DNA from: Octopus sinensis
Taxonomy: Eukaryota
DNA: 64,000 bases
Assembly (NCBI RefSeq): GCF_006345805.1
Contig: NC_043001.1
Location: forward strand, 72,788,001 to 72,852,000
Direction: 5' to 3'
The position numbers were made by a program, and so were the translations under genes. The notes beneath the pieces were generated by a model, which saw nothing but the letters and a program-made list of their open reading frames with translations, ran no database searches and had not been told where the DNA came from. Positions 24,582-37,915 of the stretch are shown piece after piece; position 1 is the first letter of the stretch; every line of letters begins with the position of its first letter.

Positions 24582-27500
24582 TGTGGGATGACGTCAGTGG
24601 CTGGGAAGCTGACTGGAAGAGGGCGTAGGTAATGCGCACACAGGCGGGCGAAGACTGCGCCTTTTTCGATCGAGAAAGCCTTAAGTGCAGGACGTGTCAG
24701 TGCTTCATCAAGGTAAGAGAAAGCAGCTGCTATTTTTAGCGTTTCGGGACGAGCCACGTGAAAGGATACGTTACCACCCGACAGGTTTGCGCCAACGAAG
24801 AGATGGTAGGTGTCTTACTTCTAATCTCCCGCATTCACTACAAGCTATTTTGGCACTCCACATAAGACGTCACCACGATGGCAGCTAAAATTAGGATCGC
24901 CAGCGACGTTATCAGGCCCTTTAATGGTGAAGGCGATGTAGTGGCCTGGATGTGTAAAATCAAGCTTGTGGCGAGATTGCAAGGCATTAGCGACGTGGAG
25001 AGCTTTATGGCACTATATTTGGAAGGGAGCGCATTGACTCTATATCTTGAGATGGATGAAGAGCGACTGAGCGAGAAGATTGAGTGACGTCTGTGAGAGG
25101 CTTACACCGAGTGTGAGTATACAGCCATTGTTAAACTGGGAACGATTAGATGGACAGGAGAGCAGGTAGATGAATATGCGACGGAGGTGCGTAGGCTGGC
25201 CACCCTGGCTGAGTTTACGGGAGGAGGCCCGGGCAGAGCAGCGCGACTGGCATTCGTGAGTGGGTTCCCTGACGACGTAAGAATTCGACTGCAGCAATTA
25301 TCCGGGGGCAAAAAGAAGGCGTTGAGCGAACTTGTAGCTCAAACTCACGTATTGACACGAAACACTGGAGGGAAGGCGATAGCGATGGCGGTAATGGAGG
25401 CGCATAATGACGGACGACAGCTGGAGAAAGATACGAAGAAGCATACCATTCAACGACAGCGGCCGTTCTCAGGCCGGTGTTTTAAATGTCAGAGATCACA
25501 CATGGCGAGGAAGTGTACGCAACCGCGGCCTGTCTGCTTTCGATGCAGGCAGACAGGGCACGTCATCCGTGATTGCGACCAAGGAAATGGCCGTGGGAAA
25601 TTGCTACCTTTCGAACTCTCTCCGCAAACGAGTAGAAGCGCTTGTGGAGATGCTGCCCATAATTGATGTCGAGGCTGAGGGGAAGACGTTCAACGACCTC
25701 GTGGATACGGGTTGAACGTCCGGGCGGTCGATGGCAGCGAAATCCGATGCAAGGGCAGCAGCAATGTAGAGAAGGCGGTGCGAGGCGCGACGCTAAGGCT
25801 GCAAGTAATCGTGATCGAACACGTGGTAGACGGGGTTGATGTGGTGATGGGGATGGACGCCATCAACCGCCTCGGTGGTGTCAGGATTGCAGGAGATGAG
25901 GTCACGTTCGGAAACGTGGGGGCGTCGTGCACTGTGAGTCAGGATCGCCAGAGAGAGCAGAGCTCCGTTAGGGACTGCACCGCTTACACCATTTAGGAAA
26001 AAGATTTTCAGGCGGTGTTCGATGGTCGACGGTGGACGATAGAGTGGCGATGGAAAGACGAGCCCCCGATGCTGAAGAACAGGGTGAGTTGCTATCAGCG
26101 TACCCTGAAAGGTCACGCCAGGGTCAAGTTCGAAGACAAGGTAGAGAGATGAATCAAGGAAGGAGTCCTTATCCCGTGGAAGGAGGAGGTGGTGAGCGGA
26201 GTGCTACCTCTGATGGAAGTGGTGCAGCCGATGAAGGGAAAAGTCAGACCGGTGCTGGACTTTAGAAAACTGATCGACCATATATCGTGCCACACGGGAG
26301 GTGAGGCGACGGACGTTTACGGCGAGACATTACGTGTGTGGAGACAGTCAACCAAGGCAGCGATGACTGTCTACTTGAAGTCGGCATATTTGCAGCTCTA
26401 TGTGAAAGACAAACTGTGGCGATATCAGCTAGTGCGGTACAAAGGCGTGGTTGGGGGAACCGGTGGAGGCAAAGAAAGGGATAGCTGCGGTGTGTCTCCG
26501 AACTGAAGAGACTACATGCTATGCATCATTTGGGGGTGGGTAGGATCCAGTATCTCGCGAAGATGATTGATGCCAACGTTACTAGGAGAAGCATCCGGAA
26601 AGTGGTCGGGAGCTGTGGCAGGTGCCAATCCATTGACCCTGCTCCGTGTGGGCATGAGCAAGGAAACCTTTCCGTAGAGCACAACTGGAAGAGACTAGCT
26701 GTGGATGTGACGCACTACCGTCAGGGAATGTATCTCTCCATGGTCGACTGCGGGCCGGGCCGGATAGCCATTTGGAGGGAGGTGAGGATGGGCATTGCTG
26801 ACGAGATTGCGCAGATTTTGAACGGGATATTTTTAGAGAGGGATCTCGTGGAAGAATTGCTAATGGACAACGGAGCGACGTTTCGTTCGGAAGCGTTGAG
26901 GGATATGCTCGACCGGTGGAAAGTGCGTCACTTGTTCAGAGCAGCATATAGGCCGAGCGTAGACAGGCACCATCGAACAATCAAGACCATAGGGGAAAGA
27001 GGTCAAATTTCGCCACTGGAAACAGTTTTCTGGTATAACATGTCTCCCCGATCCGGACAAGCTGAAGAATCTGTGCCAAACGGAGCAGTATTTAAATACG
27101 AATGGAGGCATCCCAGTAAAGCGCCGGAGGGCCACGAGGAAGAGAAGGAACCCGCCTACGTGAAAATAGGGGAGGAAGTTTGGGTTAACCCACCGAAGGC
27201 GCGTTGTACGTCTCAATGGAGCAGAAGAACGGTGACGGCGGTCAATTCCAGAAACAACGTGGTAGATTGTCGCTTCGTCGGATGACGACTGTGGAGAGGA
27301 AGAAAACGAGGTGCCTAGCTTGAGGAGAACTCGACGCATAAGGCGCCCACCTGGTTGGATGGTGGACTTCGACGTGGAGTAGTGAGTGTGATTTTTAAGA
27401 TCAGGGTGGCATGTGGGATGATGTCAGCGGCTGGGGAGCTGACCGGGAGAGGAAGGGCACGCACAAGCGGGCGAAGATTGCGTCTTTTTCGATCGGAGAA

Positions 27501-27661
27501 GCCGTGAATGTAGGACATGTCAGTGCTTCGTTAAGGTGAGGGAAAGCAGCTGCTAATTTTAGCGTTTCGGCACGGGCCACGTGAAAGGATACGTTACCAT
27601 CGGACAGGTTTGCGCGAAGGAAGAGAAAGTAGGTGTCTTCTAATCCCCCGCATTCACTATA
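24582..27661 (+). mobile_element. Gypsy LTR retrotransposon with RT/RNase H deletion
   Basis: LTRs 24582-24842 and 27412-27661; TSD TTACT/CTACT; gag from 24878 with two CCHC-type knuckles, protease LVDTG, RT start (RPVLDFRKL, YLKSAYLQL), integrase HHCC + DDE (26521..27285). Confidence 0.95.
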
Positions 27662-27988
27662 CTACTTATACCTAGCTCCACTTGTCTGACAGACGCTTGG
27701 ATACAGCTTCCGTTGTTATGTTAAGAAGTGTAGCGCAATGGTGGCAATGAGGTTTTTTGCAACCCTTGTCTGAGCTTAACTCTTGGACATTCGATTTGAA
27801 GTCCACATTAAAGATTGTTCTCTGACAACTTGGCTTTAAAATTCTCTCAGTTCGGTAAACACATTTTTGGTCAAATAATGGCTCATAAATGCCCAATAAT
27901 CAGAGTTGCTTCGCGGTCCCCTAGGGGACTGCGGACTCCACTTTAACAACCTAGGCGTTAGAGGAAGAAGAAAACCTGGTATAACAGT

Positions 27989-28780
27989 TATGAATGTAAT
28001 GTTTTTAGTTGCAGTCGAGGATCACCAATTGTGAGGGTTTAACAATAATTGATAAACAATAGGATGGAACGTCGGAGTCGTCACCAATTGTAACAGCAAA
28101 GATTTATTGCAACGACATGTTGTAAGATGTGAAAGATGAACAGTGGTTGAAGTTGTAAAGAGATTCTAATTTACCGTTACTTAGTATATATTCAAAACCA
28201 CGACGGGTTGGTATGTATAACTAATAAATGGAAAAGTATGGGAGGTAAAAAGTGTTAATTTCGGCCGGTATGTGTGTACACGATCTCATAGTAGTATATA
28301 TAGAGAGATATGGTAATGTTACAGAGAAAAGAAAATGAGTTAGTGAAATTGAGAGTGATGGAACAAGACAGCTTCTTCGTTGGTGAGTTACCATAGTTGT
28401 CCCTTTTTGCCTTTTCCTTTTGAGACGGCGTTTTGTTCAGCTGGTCCGCCAGACTCGATTCTCACCAACTGACTTTGACTTACAGAGTTCTTGCTTTTAT
28501 AACTATCCAAAACTAGCCAGAAGGATAGACATATTGTTGAGAACAATAGATTTCGTTGGAGGTTTACTATATCCATTCCAACCCCTGGTGGTCTAGAAGA
28601 AATTAGAAGGGTCAGGTGGCGAAGACATTATTCCCGTTTAGCGAAGGCATCTGGCAAATGTAACTGCTGTCACTCATAGAAAATCTATTGTTTTATCGTG
28701 AGAAAAGTGCTGTTGAACTGTTAAGTGAAATTTGGCGATCGAGGATCGAATTCACGCTCTGCTTGCATGAAGCCACTACA
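27989..28780 (-). mobile_element. Probable solo LTR inserted in the Penelope 3' region
   Basis: 4-bp TSD CAGT (27985-27988 / 28781-28784); minus strand starts TGTAGTG; TATA-like site near 28300 and AATAAA near 28105 on minus. Confidence 0.55.
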
Positions 28781-29267
28781 CAGTGACTCCATTACTTCCT
28801 AGTAATCTCTGAAGAAAGAATTTTATATTCCAAAATATTAGACTATGAATAATTAAATTATTTCTAACAGCTATTATAGTCCACTCTACATTGTCGTACC
28901 ATTCCAAACACGATACATTTCACAAACAATACACAATGCTTCCAGCGAACTACATACAATACTCTTTTATACGGAATAATACAAAAATTAGTTATATATT
29001 ACAGTAAAATCGGCCTATAACAACAAATTCACAGTAAAATTTGCTTGAGCTATTTATTGACTAAGATATTGCCAAGTCTTCACATTTTTAGTCTTGATCC
29101 AATGCCTAGTTTTTACGTAATGAATTTGCCTACTATGTATACTATTCTACTTTCGCTATATTGGGACTTCTGGCTGTCATTTTTTAAGTATTCTAGTGTG
29201 TCAATATTTTAACAAAATTATGGTACCTTTTAAAATTATAAGACAGTAAGAACAAAACAGTAAAAAC

Positions 29268-30009
29268 AAACCACTTGGCAAAGATTGACCTTGACCTCTG
29301 CTGTGCATGCGCATTAAGATTTAAAGTTCTAGCTCACTTCCGCTGTTTACAGGAAGGTGTGTAGCGTGTGATCATCGCATTCACCATGACAGAGAAAGTT
29401 GCCATGGTGATACCTGCTCAGAGGCCAGCGCAAATTTGCAGAAAGTGTATGGAGAGGAGTGTATGAGTTGCACACAAGTGTGTCCATGATGGCGGAAAAA
29501 ATGTCGATACTGACGAACGTTTTGGGAGATCCACAACCAACAGAACTGAGAAAATATCGCAGATCTGTGAGGGGAAATCTTCGAATCACCATCTGTAAGT
29601 TATCAGAGGATGTAAAGATTTGGGTATGAAACGTGTGTCTGCCAAGTTTGTGCCAAAACTGCTTTCAGCTGACCAAGAAGACACTCGGATTTCAGTTGCA
29701 CAAGATCTCTTTGATTGTGCCGAGAACAGCGAAAACTTTGTGTAAGCCTCAGAATAGGTATTGCCAAGCTTTTGACAAAATTTGATGCAGGTTCACTGCT
29801 CAACATTCTCTGTCATTGTCAATGCGACGATCACACGCTACACACCTCCCTTCCAAGCACTACGTAAACAGCAGAAGTATGCTAGAACGTTAAAACTTAG
29901 TGCAAATGCACAGCGGAGTTCAAGGTCAATCTGTGCCAAGTGGTTTTATTCTGCGTGCTTTAAATTCGTTACTATAACAACAGTCTGAATACTTATTGAT
30001 CAGACCACG
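29268..30009 (+). mobile_element. Mariner remnant with long inverted repeats
   Basis: 29268-29333 inverted against 29881-29946; right TIR ends ..GATCAGACCACG-TA; GMKRVSAKFVPKLL (WVPHEL-equivalent). Confidence 0.82.
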
Positions 30010-30076
30010 TATATATATATATATATAATATATATATTATATTATATTATATTATATTATATTATATTATATTATA

Positions 30077-31551
30077 TTAGGGTGATGCAAAAAAAGGAGT
30101 CAGAAAATTCTTTTTTCAATTTTCAGGGAGACACCCTCCAATTTTATTCATATTCCTAAGAAAGCATTGCATATGAAATTTGGGGTTGAAAAAGAGAAAA
30201 TTAGAGGTTTAAAAATATATGTATATTGGTTTGTGCTCAAAAATATTGTTTTGTTGAGATTTTCGCTGGAACCTGTTTGATATGTACCTAGTTAACCTAG
30301 TTTGAAAAAAAAAACGATGACATTCTAGGCTTATTGTACGTAGTGAGGTACAGCGTATAGCGAGTTAACTTTTTCATATGGAAGTTTCCCCATAGGCATA
30401 TCATAACCACTTATGTAAGTTTATTTATGTTTCTTGTGAAGCAAGAGTAATGTTTTCTTGTTTTTGTTAGTGTGTTAGTGAGTGAAGACCTGTAACTTTT
30501 AACAATTTGAAGAAGGTATTGTTTCTGTTCTTCATCATTGGTTATCAGTTTGTTGTATTTATCCATCAGTCATACACCTCTTTCCCCAATGTCGTTTACC
30601 ACTTTGAGTCCATATGCGGTATCTCTTGCATCCCCTTAACTTTCATCAGCAATCCTTTCTTTAACATCTTTTTCAAGACAAGTGCAAGGGACCTCTAGGA
30701 TTTCAAAGAATCTTTTTGTGCTGGCAGTAACGAAATGCTGAAGTTGTTTCTGCCCAGCTGTTTGAGGATTTATTGGTGCTCTTTTGCTCGATTTTCAGTC
30801 AACTGGTTTCTGCAGAGCATGCTTCATTTTGTTTTTTGTCTCATGCGAAGCAACTGAATGAAAACATGCAAGCGCCTCAAGCTCCTCGGGGAGGTACCAC
30901 AAATGTCTCAAAAACTTATTGAGTGCAGCACTTGCAATTTTGTCATCCTTTTGCTTGTAGAACTGCAGACTTCGCACAAAATGCAAATCTGAACGGGGGG
31001 GCGCATGAGGGTATGGATGCCAAGTACCTTGATCTGATGTATATCGCAGCTGAAAAGCAGCAAACATCTCTCAGTTTGGTCATCCGTCGTGCTCTGTGAT
31101 AAGCTCTGGGTGCTTTAAAGCTGGTTCCCGACTTGGGAGTACTACCGAGGAAAATGAGCGTTCGCTCGAGCAATTCCTTGTAGTCATCACGAGGCTGCTG
31201 TTTATCAAACTGAGCTTGAACAAATTGAATGATTTCTTCAGCATCTGAGATTTTCTCTGAAATGTTAGGGTCATCTGTTGCGGTTTGGTAACTGTTCTTG
31301 TTAATTTCCACCCACTTTGCTTTGAATCTCTTAAACAGTTGTATGTCAGGGCCAGTAAAACATGGCAAGAAGACAAATGTACAATAAATACTAACTGAAA
31401 AATTACAATGTACAAAATGTTCAGTGGATGGTAGCAACCTCTAAAAAGTTTTCAGTTGTGCTGAAATTTTGCATGTTGAGTTTTTGCACTAAATTAAATA
31501 AAATTAGAGGGCGTTTCAAGTTTTTGAAATGATAAGTTATTTTGCATCATC

Positions 31552-31555
<4 letters not shown>
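30077..31555 (-). mobile_element. DNA transposon with TTAGGGTGATGCAAAA TIRs, hATm-like transposase remnant
   Basis: TIRs at both ends; QQPRDDYKELLE..FKAPRAYHRARRM, NKFLRHLWYL, VVNDIGERG motifs. The superfamily name is from recall, not a search. Confidence 0.7.
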
Positions 31556-31599
<44 letters not shown>

Positions 31600-31677
31600 A
31601 TAATAATAATATTAGGGAATAAATCCAAACTTACAGGGAAAAATTAGATTTAGGATTAAATCCAATTTTATAGTATA

Positions 31678-31840
31678 AATATATATATTATATTAAATTA
31701 GAGATAAAACCACAATTAGGCAAATCAAACAGTGAAAAACAATACATAAAATTAATTAATTTTATGTATTGGCTTATGTTTTTCACTGTTTGATTTGCCT
31801 AATAGTGGTTTTATCTCTAATTTAATATAATATATATATA
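31678..31840. repeat. Near-perfect ~160-bp palindrome
   Basis: ATTAAATTAGAGATAAAACCAC..CAGTGAAAAACAATACATAAAATTAA|TTAATTTTATGTATT(GGCTTAT)GTTTTTCACTG..GTGGTTTTATCTCTAATTTAAT. Confidence 0.9.
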
Positions 31841-32049
31841 TATATTCTTTGATTCTTTTCTTCCTTTATTTGTTTTAGTCATTTGATTGCGGTCATGCTG
31901 GAGCACCGCCTTCGGTCGAATAAACCGATCCCAGGACTTCTTTATAGGCCGAGTACTTTGTCTATCGGTCTCTTTTGCCGAACCGCTGGTTTACAGACAC
32001 ATAAACACACCAACATCGGTTGTCAAGCAATGGTGGGGGTGACAAACAC

Positions 32050-32540
<491 letters not shown>

Positions 32541-33059
32541 CGATGGGCTTCTTTCAGTTTCCGTCTACCAAATCCATTCATAAGGCTTTGGTCGGCCCAA
32601 GGCTATAGTAGAAGGCACTTGCCCAAGGTGCCACGCAGTGGTACTGAACCTGGAGCCATATGGTTGGTAAGCAAGCTACTTACAACACACCCACTCCTGC
32701 GCCGTGTGTGCACGTGTGTGTGCACATGTTCCTTATGCATTTGAAAACTGAGCTGCCCATTTTGACGAATGGGGTATCAAAACATTCAGTAATCTTTTGG
32801 CTACCAAATGAACTTTATTTTCTTTTACATATTTTCTACGTTATCTGAACAACCAGCTTTAGTTATTTGAAAGACAGTGCTCTACAACGACCAGGTTTCA
32901 TTAGAATGAGAAAATAGTTTCACACTTTCAATTTGAACCAAAATTACAAAGTGTTGCATTACGAAAGTGACGATGTGTGAATGATGAAAGTAATGTTTCT
33001 CCAAATTAGTCACATCTATATTATAATAAAGAAAGCTGCTTATCATCTATCTATCTATC

Positions 33060-33109
<50 letters not shown>

Positions 33110-33426
33110 TGGGGTCGGGAGGGGAGGGAGAAAATATTGGGAACGTGTTTTTGGGACGAAATCCTAATCTTCTGTATCGAAAACATAGAAATGGGAAGAA
33201 ATTTCGGTAAAATATAAGTGGGGTGTCACCTTGGACATATTAGAAATAACAGGTAAAGGACAGGATTTATGGGAAAACTTCCTTTTAAGTTTATATCGAA
33301 GATCAGGTTTTTAAATATGCTCATCACAATCGCAAATTACAGAATAGGTCATTTCAGTGGGATTTGAGGTGTAATTTTGCACGTGCACTTAGCAAGAAAT
33401 AACATAATTCATACAGAAGTTTTACC

Positions 33427-33464
<38 letters not shown>

Positions 33465-34152
33465 TGTGTGTGTGTGTGAGTGAGTGTGTGTGTGTGCATG
33501 CATGTGTGTGTGCATGCATGTGTGTGTGCGTGTGCGATTGTGTTTGTGTGTGTGTGCCAAAGGAAGTTATTTTATGGCATTCTTTCACTTGAAGCAGCAA
33601 AATTGTCAACTCAGTCATATAGGATCATGTGATTGTTCATTAATTTCCATAAAAAGTTTTATTTCTTTGTTTTGAAGAGAGCAGAAATTGAAAGAGAGGA
33701 GAAAGTGAAAAGGTGACATTTGCTTTGAAGTGAGAGCAGAAAGTGAAAGGGAGGAGAAAATGAAAGATGTATGTACGTGTATATGAAATGAACGTGTGTG
33801 TGTTTGTGTGTGCGTGTGAGAGAGTGATAGAGGGGGAGAGTAAAGATGTGTGTTGTCATGTATGTATTTCTTTGCATGTATGTCTACCTCAAAACTTGTA
33901 GAAAAATGGATGTCTTTTACTGAAATGTTTTTGGTTGTGGCTTATTTTAATACAATATTTATGTGTACATTTTCATAAATGTTTATCTCAATAAAATTCT
34001 ACATATGCGTAAAACATCAGACAAAAGTGAGACATTAGAGGCAAATCAAAATATTGCCTGAAAATGACCTCAAAATTGTGCGACCCAACCTCGTTTTAGT
34101 AATAAAAAAGAGTTGTTATGCCAAAAACATAGTTTATTTGGCAGCTTTTATA

Positions 34153-35119
34153 TTGGGTCATCCCATAAATAATGTGTTTTTTTATACTTCTTTTATTTTT
34201 GAAAATTAAGATAAACAATATTCTTTTTTAATCTAAAATATACTCTCCTTCATTTTCTACTATGCTTTTCCATCTATCTGGTAGATTTGCAAGGCCCCTC
34301 TTCCACTACTGTTCTGACCTCGATACAGAATTCATATTTTTTCCGTCCAAATGATTTTGAAGCTTGCAGAACAAATGATAATCAGATGGGGCAATGTCTG
34401 GCAAATATGGTAGGTGGGGCATTGTTTCCAATTCAAATTACTCCAGCCTTTGGAATGTCATCCTTGCTGTATGTGGCCAAGCATTATCCTGATGGAAGAA
34501 TACCTTTTGTCTCGAAATCAAAGATGCTTGACATTTTTATAGAGAATTCATTTCTTATCATCAGCCACTATTTGGTCCAAAAAAGGTTCATTTGTGAGAC
34601 CTGACAGCAAAGAACAGCACATTCACTCTCTGCACGCGATTAGACTCAAAAAGTTTGTGAGGAACCCATTGACCCAGCTTGAGGATTTTTTCCGATGGCA
34701 CGCAGGTGTTGATGAATAGTTGAGTGACCAAATCCAAGCTTCTCTGCTAGTTCCTCAACAGTTGCAATGGGATTTTGTTCCACCTGGGTTTGCAGGACAT
34801 CTTCATCGAGCTCTACAGCTCTTCCAGGATGAGGCTTATCATCTAGGCTCTAGTTTCTGACTTGGAATTTCTGGAACCACCATTGACACTGGCTTACACT
34901 TACTGTCTGATCGCCATATACTGCATTAATATTCTTCTCCCTTTCCTATGCATTGCTGCTTTTATTGAACTCATAATATGCTTTGTCACTTCAAAACTTG
35001 CACTGAGAATAAGTACTAGGTAAAATTATAAGCAAGTTGATGCAGGTAGTTTATCCCATCCCCCTCTGACTTTTAGTTCATGCAATTGAAAAAAACACAT
35101 TATTTATGGGATAACCCAA
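34153..35119 (-). mobile_element. Mariner (Mos1/SETMAR-like) element, internally deleted
   Basis: TIRs TTGGGTCATCCCATAAATAATGTG / CACATTATTTATGGGATAACCCAA; WVPHKL, HQDNAWPH, PPTIFARHCPI region. Confidence 0.92.
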
Positions 35120-35335
35120 TGTGTGTGTGTGTGTTTGTCTCCCTGTCATTGCTTGACAACCAATGCTGGTGTGTTTATGTCCTGTGACTTAGCGGTTCAG
35201 CTGAAGGGACTGTTAGAATAAGTACTAGGCTTACAAAGATTAAGTCAATTTCTTCAAGTAACACCCTTTAAGGTGGTGTACCAGTATGGCCGGGGTCAAA
35301 TGACTGAAACAAGTAAAAGAATAAAAGAATAAGGA

Positions 35336-35433
35336 AGTTGATAATGTTCCTAGAAGAAAATGGCCAACTGAACAATACACAGCACGGCTTTCATCCAGGA
35401 AGAAGCTGCTTCACACAACTCCTACGGCACTAT
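35336..35433 (+). mobile_element. CR1-group LINE RT fragment (5' piece)
   Basis: FLEENGQLNNTQHGFHPGRSCFTQLL is the QHGF..GRSC RT motif; cut by the LTR at 35434. Confidence 0.8.
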
Positions 35434-37915
35434 TGTTGTAATGAAAGTGGTGCACTCCTTCCCACACGACAAAGTGGTATGAGAGACAGCCACTATAAAG
35501 TCAGACAGTCAGTCACTGTAGGATGTCAGTAGTGGTAGAATTGTTGTAAGAGTTCTCAGATTGAGACCATGTCAGTTACATGATATATTTGAGTTCAAGT
35601 TACTGTCAAGGTAGACATTTCAAAGTCGTCTTGCAGAGCAATAGCACGGTAGACAGGTCAAAGACTATGAGCTGCAGAATACTGCCACAACATAATAGAG
35701 ACGACAAGAATATTACAGTGCCGATGACTATATACAAGTGGATGAAGATCCACATTATAACAGTGGCAAGGAGGATATAAATAATTCATGCGGACAATGT
35801 TGAAAAATAATAAAAAAATTTTTTATGAGAAAATAAACAATTCACATGGACGACTTGCAAAAATTTTTCCCGTGGAAAAATTAAAAACTCGACAGAGGAG
35901 TAACAAACATTTTTGCTGTATATATTTTAGGAAAAAGCCGTAAAATTATGGAAAACTTGTTAGAGGGTTTAGTTGAGTTGTACAAACAGCAACAACAACA
36001 ACTCAAAGAACAAGAACAACGACAAATGTTACAGCAATAAATGCTACAATTAATGAAGTTGGTAGCAAAGCTGAAAAATACGTTTTTGCCAGACCATGTA
36101 GCAAATTCAGTAAATCAATTTAAACTGGAAGAAAGAATCACTTTCAAGGCATATTACCGAAGATTTGAACAAATTTTTGAAAAAGAAAGCTGGACGAAAT
36201 GAAAAAGATTCTAATTCTGAAGAAACTGCCAACGATAGAACATGAGAAATACTGTAACTTTATATTGCCTAAAAAAGTCTCTGACATAAATTTCATGGAC
36301 ACAATTGACGCTTTATGTAGGATGTTTAGTAAAAAACGTAGCAAGTGTTTGAACTCTGAGAAAAGCAATGACGAAGACTTTTTACCACATATGCAGATAG
36401 CGTGAACAGAGAGTGCGAGAGATTTAAACTGGATAAACTAACCCTAGACTCATTCAAGTGCCTCTTTTTTGCTCAGGGACTTACTGCTAAAAAGGATGCT
36501 GAAGTCAGAACGAAAATTTTTCAAAAACTGGAAATGAACCAGGATATAACTCTCCAGAAACTGTCAGAAGAGTGCGATGTGATGTTAAAAATAAGGCACA
36601 ACGCAGAAGAAATCCAGCATAGAGATAGTTTACAGATAAAAACCAATATGTCAAAGTCAGAAGACGAATAAAGTGTTTCACAAAAAAACACAAGATATAC
36701 CAGGAGATAAACTCATGTATGGCATCTGGTGGTAGGCACCCAAGTAAAGAGTGTCTGTTTAAAAAAGTGAAGTGCTTTCATTGTGGGAGCACAGGACACA
36801 TTAAATCACACTGCAGAACTAAGATGATGAGAAACTGGACCAAACGGGAAAAAATAGTTTGTCCTCAGAGAAAAAAGTTTGTACAATGAACAGAGAATTC
36901 ATTAAGGGGAAAATCGAAACCACTAGTGTCAAAATGCAATTAGACACATGTAGTGACATCACTATCATAAATGAAGAAACGTGGCAACAAATCAGTAAGC
37001 CAAAATTATTTAAATCAAATAAAGTAGCATATGATGTTGCAGGAAAGAAATTATATTTCATCGGCGAATGTATTTGCAATGTTACTTTCCGAGATGAAAC
37101 AGAAAGGGCAACCATTTATGTGTTGAAAAATCACAAAACCTATTCGGCACAAAATGCATGCAGTTATTTAAAATGTGGGATACTCCCATTAGTGTTCCCT
37201 ATGAAAATGTAGTTGGCATGGTTAAAAGTTTGAATGAAGTCGAACAACTGAGACAAAATATTCAAAAATTGTTTCCAAATGTTTTCTTTTTGGAAGTATT
37301 AGGATGTTGCACTAAAACAAAAGTGAGGATCATAGTAAAAGAAAAGGCAACACCTGTCTTTAGGCACAAACAGAACATGCCATGTGTAACATTGGACGAA
37401 GTCAATAAAAAGCTAGAAAGACTAGAAAGTCTAACTATAATTGAAAAAGTCTACCATTCAGACTGGGCAGCTCTGATGGTTTATGTAAAGGAAAAAGATA
37501 ATAAACTAAGAGTGTGTGCAGGCTTTCCAAATGGATTAAATGACTGTTTACTCGAACACAACTATCCATTATCAAGCCCAGAAGAAGTGTTCACAATGCT
37601 AAATTCAGGAAAATTTTTCTCAAAGTTAGACCTCACAGAGGCCTATCTACACATACAGGTAGAGGAGAATTGCACACACTTTTTAACAACCAACACACAC
37701 CATGGATTGTATAAATTCAAGTGGTTTCCTTTTGGAGTAAAAGTGGCACCTGCCATAGTAATGGATGCAATGTTAAATGATTGCAACTTCGCTATCACTT
37801 ATCTTCATGATATTTTGACAAAGAGCGAGTCAGTGGAGCAATACTTCGAACATATTAAAGAAGTATTCAGAAAAATAAATGAATACAGGTTTAGATTAAC
37901 AGAAGAAAAGTGTGT
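35434..37915 (+). mobile_element. 3'-truncated Gypsy element (5' LTR, gag, protease, RT)
   Basis: LTR 35434-35762 with TGTTGTAATG/CATTATAACA termini, PBS-like GTGGCAAGGAGG, knuckle CFHCGSTGHIKSHC, MQLDTCSDITII, RT KLDLTEAYLHI and TYLHDIL. Confidence 0.92.

Larger units (their letters stand above)
20891..27955 (-). mobile_element. hAT (Buster/Charlie-type) DNA transposon carrying two LTR insertions
   Basis: Left TIR CAGTGGTTCTCA, degenerate right TIR; 8-bp TSD CGTTACAG (20883-20890) / CGTTAGAG (27956-27963) with the central TA typical of Buster. Confidence 0.88.
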
